In this document: positions 22,480 through 24,000 of the stretch, in pieces
How positions within the stretch are numbered: the stretch's first letter is position 1
Layout of the letters: each line of letters begins with the position of its first letter
Source: an uncultured Chthoniobacterales bacterium
GTDB lineage: Bacteria; Verrucomicrobiota; Verrucomicrobiia; Chthoniobacterales; SZAS-18
DNA length: 24,000 bases
NCBI GenBank assembly: GCA_964245965.1
Contig: CAXTOP010000008.1
Span: forward strand, 52,081-76,080
Direction of reading: 5' to 3'
The notes under the pieces: generated by a model
The model's input: the letters and a program-made list of their open reading frames with translations, nothing else
Told to the model about the DNA's origin: nothing
The model's database searches: none
Program-made: the position numbers and the translations under genes

Positions 22480-24000
22480 GCGGCTTCGCACGCCCGGGCT
22501 CGGAAGCCGGGGCGACGGAATACCCGCGCGACAACCGCGGGTAATGAATGTGTTTCAATACACGCCCGGGCTCGGAAGCCGGGGCGACTTGTTCGGATCG
22601 GTGATACCGGACAAGCTCGTGTTGTTTCAATACACGCCCGGGCTCGGAAGCCGGGGCGACTCGAGCGTCGGCCCCGGTTCGCGCACGACGACGATAGTTT
22701 CAATACACGCCCGGGCTCGGAAGCCGGGGCGACACGTGCACCTGGGTCGGGACGAGATCCACTTTCGGGTTTCAATACACGCCCGGGCTCGGAAGCCGGG
22801 GCGACGGGCATGGTTAGTTACCCTCCTCGGCTGTGGATGCGTTTCAATACACGCCCGGGCTCGGAAGCCGGGGCGACTTCACTGGTTGCCGATGGAGGCA
22901 CCGATTCCGAAGTTTTAATACACGCCCGGGCTCGGAAGCCGAGGCGACTTGCTGAGTTGCGTCATCGCGTCCAGCAGATCGTTGTTTCAATACACGCCCG
23001 GGCTCGGAAGCCGGGGCGACGCGGTGATCGTGGTTTTACCGGTGGCCGGCAAGGTGTTTCAATACACGCCCGGGCTCGGAAGCCGGGGCGACCGTGCTTG
23101 TTCCTGGGTTTTGAGCGTTGGTAATCAGTTTCAATACACGCCCGGGCTCGGAAGCCGGGGCGACCGGCTGGCATAGCCCTTGTGCAACTTCCAAAAGGGG
23201 TTTCAATACACGCCCGGGCTCGGAAGCCGGGGCGACGCTACCACAGAGATATTGCACACTAGGATGCCGAGTTTCAATACACGCCCGGGCTCGGAAGCCG
23301 GGGCGACCCGGAAAGGCGGATCAGCGCTTTCTTGGTCAACGTTTCAATACACGCCCGGGCTCGGAAGCCGGGGCGACGCAACTCGTGGCGCACGGCAGCC
23401 TCGCCGCACTGGTTTCAATACACGCCCGGGCTCGGAAGCCGGGGCGACGTGGGCGTTCGACAAGGACCAAGTCCCCCAGCTTGTTTCAATACACGCCCGG
23501 GCTCGGAAGCCGGGGCGACCTACGCCGTCTTTCGCAACACGAAAGACGGCAAGGTTTCAATACACGCCCGGGCTCGGAAGCCGGGGCGACTCTTATGCAA
23601 TGCCAACGCGGGTAGTATCACGCAGTTTCAATACACGCCCGGGCTCGGAAGCCGGGGCGACCTGCTTGTAAGTCTCCATCTGATCTGGCGTGAGGTGTTT
23701 CAATACACGCCCGGGCTCGGAAGCCGGGGCGACGCAATCAGAGCAGCCTCAACTGGCCATTGAGCAGGTTTCAATACACGCCCGGGCTCGGAAGCCGGGG
23801 CGACGGTGCTGACCGCCGCGTTGCCCAAGATGTTGCCGGTGTTTCAATACACGCCCGGGCTCGGAAGCCGGGGCGACCCGGGTCTTTGCCGCTCGCTGCC
23901 GGGGAAAATTCGTTTCAATACACGCCCGGGCTCGGAAGCCGGGGCGACGCAAGGGTTAGGGGGTGTTAGAGAGCCCCACTCATGTTTCAATACACGCCCG
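22480..24000 (-). CRISPR. CRISPR array, 37-bp repeat, 22 repeat copies / 21 spacers in the window, continues beyond the right edge
   Basis: Repeat on the + strand is GTTTCAATACACGCCCGGGCTCGGAAGCCGGGGCGAC. Starts are at 22480 (degenerate first 10 nt), 22552, 22624, 22697, 22769, 22841, 22912 (2 SNPs), 22984, 23056, 23128, 23200, 23271, 23341, 23412, 23483, 23554, 23625, 23697, 23768, 23841, 23912 and 23984 (cut by the window end). Spacers are 33-36 bp and all different. The reverse complement GTCGCCCCGGCTTCCGAGCCCGGGCGTGTATTGAAAC ends in ATTGAAAC and the degenerate copy is at the left, so minus-strand transcription is inferred. Confidence 0.97.

Noticed and set aside
23902-23913. 12-nt identity (GGGAAAATTCGT) between the end of spacer 19 (plus 2 repeat nt) and the loop of the 3681..3757 hairpin (3712..3723), a possible self-targeting spacer
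   Set aside because: Only 12 nt match and 2 of them belong to the repeat. Many such chance 12-mer matches are expected within 24 kb on both strands. By eye, no spacer shows an extended match inside the window, though my search was not exhaustive.
22414-23969. Multiple 60-240-aa ORFs on both strands across the array (recurring FNTRPGSEAGAT / VSIHARARKPGR / FQYTPGLGSRGD motifs)
   Set aside because: They are translations of the 37-bp CRISPR repeat in different frames, not genes.

Overview
High-GC bacterial chromosomal window. Most of it is ordinary regulatory and accessory-metabolism genes, and it ends in a large CRISPR array.

Gene content, left to right:
- Two translationally coupled Pol-beta-type nucleotidyltransferase paralogs (minus strand).
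- A creB-creC-(615-aa secreted unknown)-creD-like module.
- An arsenic island: truncated DUF6428 remnant, arsR-acr3, a 318-bp gap, then arsM.
- A GAF-PAS-GAF hybrid histidine kinase.
- Two tandem amidohydrolase-2 paralogs.
- A decayed alpha/beta hydrolase.
- An SDR-SDR operon with a divergent LysR regulator.
- An SDR-TetR operon.
- About 0.9 kb of mobile-element debris: a C-terminal stub of a tyrosine recombinase, an AT-rich patch, a 5'-truncated IS630-family DDE transposase and a 24-bp foldback inverted repeat.

The debris directly abuts the degenerate terminal repeat of the CRISPR array. The array has a 37-bp repeat and 21 unique spacers in the window, and it runs off the right edge. Repeat features (GTCGC...ATTGAAAC on the minus strand, degenerate copy at the left end) indicate minus-strand transcription. 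The leader and any cas genes should therefore lie to the right, outside the window. No cas gene occurs in the 22 kb to the left.

Other observations:
- Four frame disruptions occur in otherwise well-conserved genes (creC, arsM, and two in the hydrolase). Three are 1-nt deficits, so assembly error versus real decay must be resolved.
- There are two long perfect hairpins, with 30-bp and 22-bp stems.
- An AT-rich insert bounded by inverted repeats sits at the DUF6428 truncation point.

I could not support a complete novel multi-gene system from this window alone. The best follow-up candidates are the CRISPR locus with its trailer junction, the nucleotidyltransferase pair, and the unknown secreted protein inserted in the cre operon.
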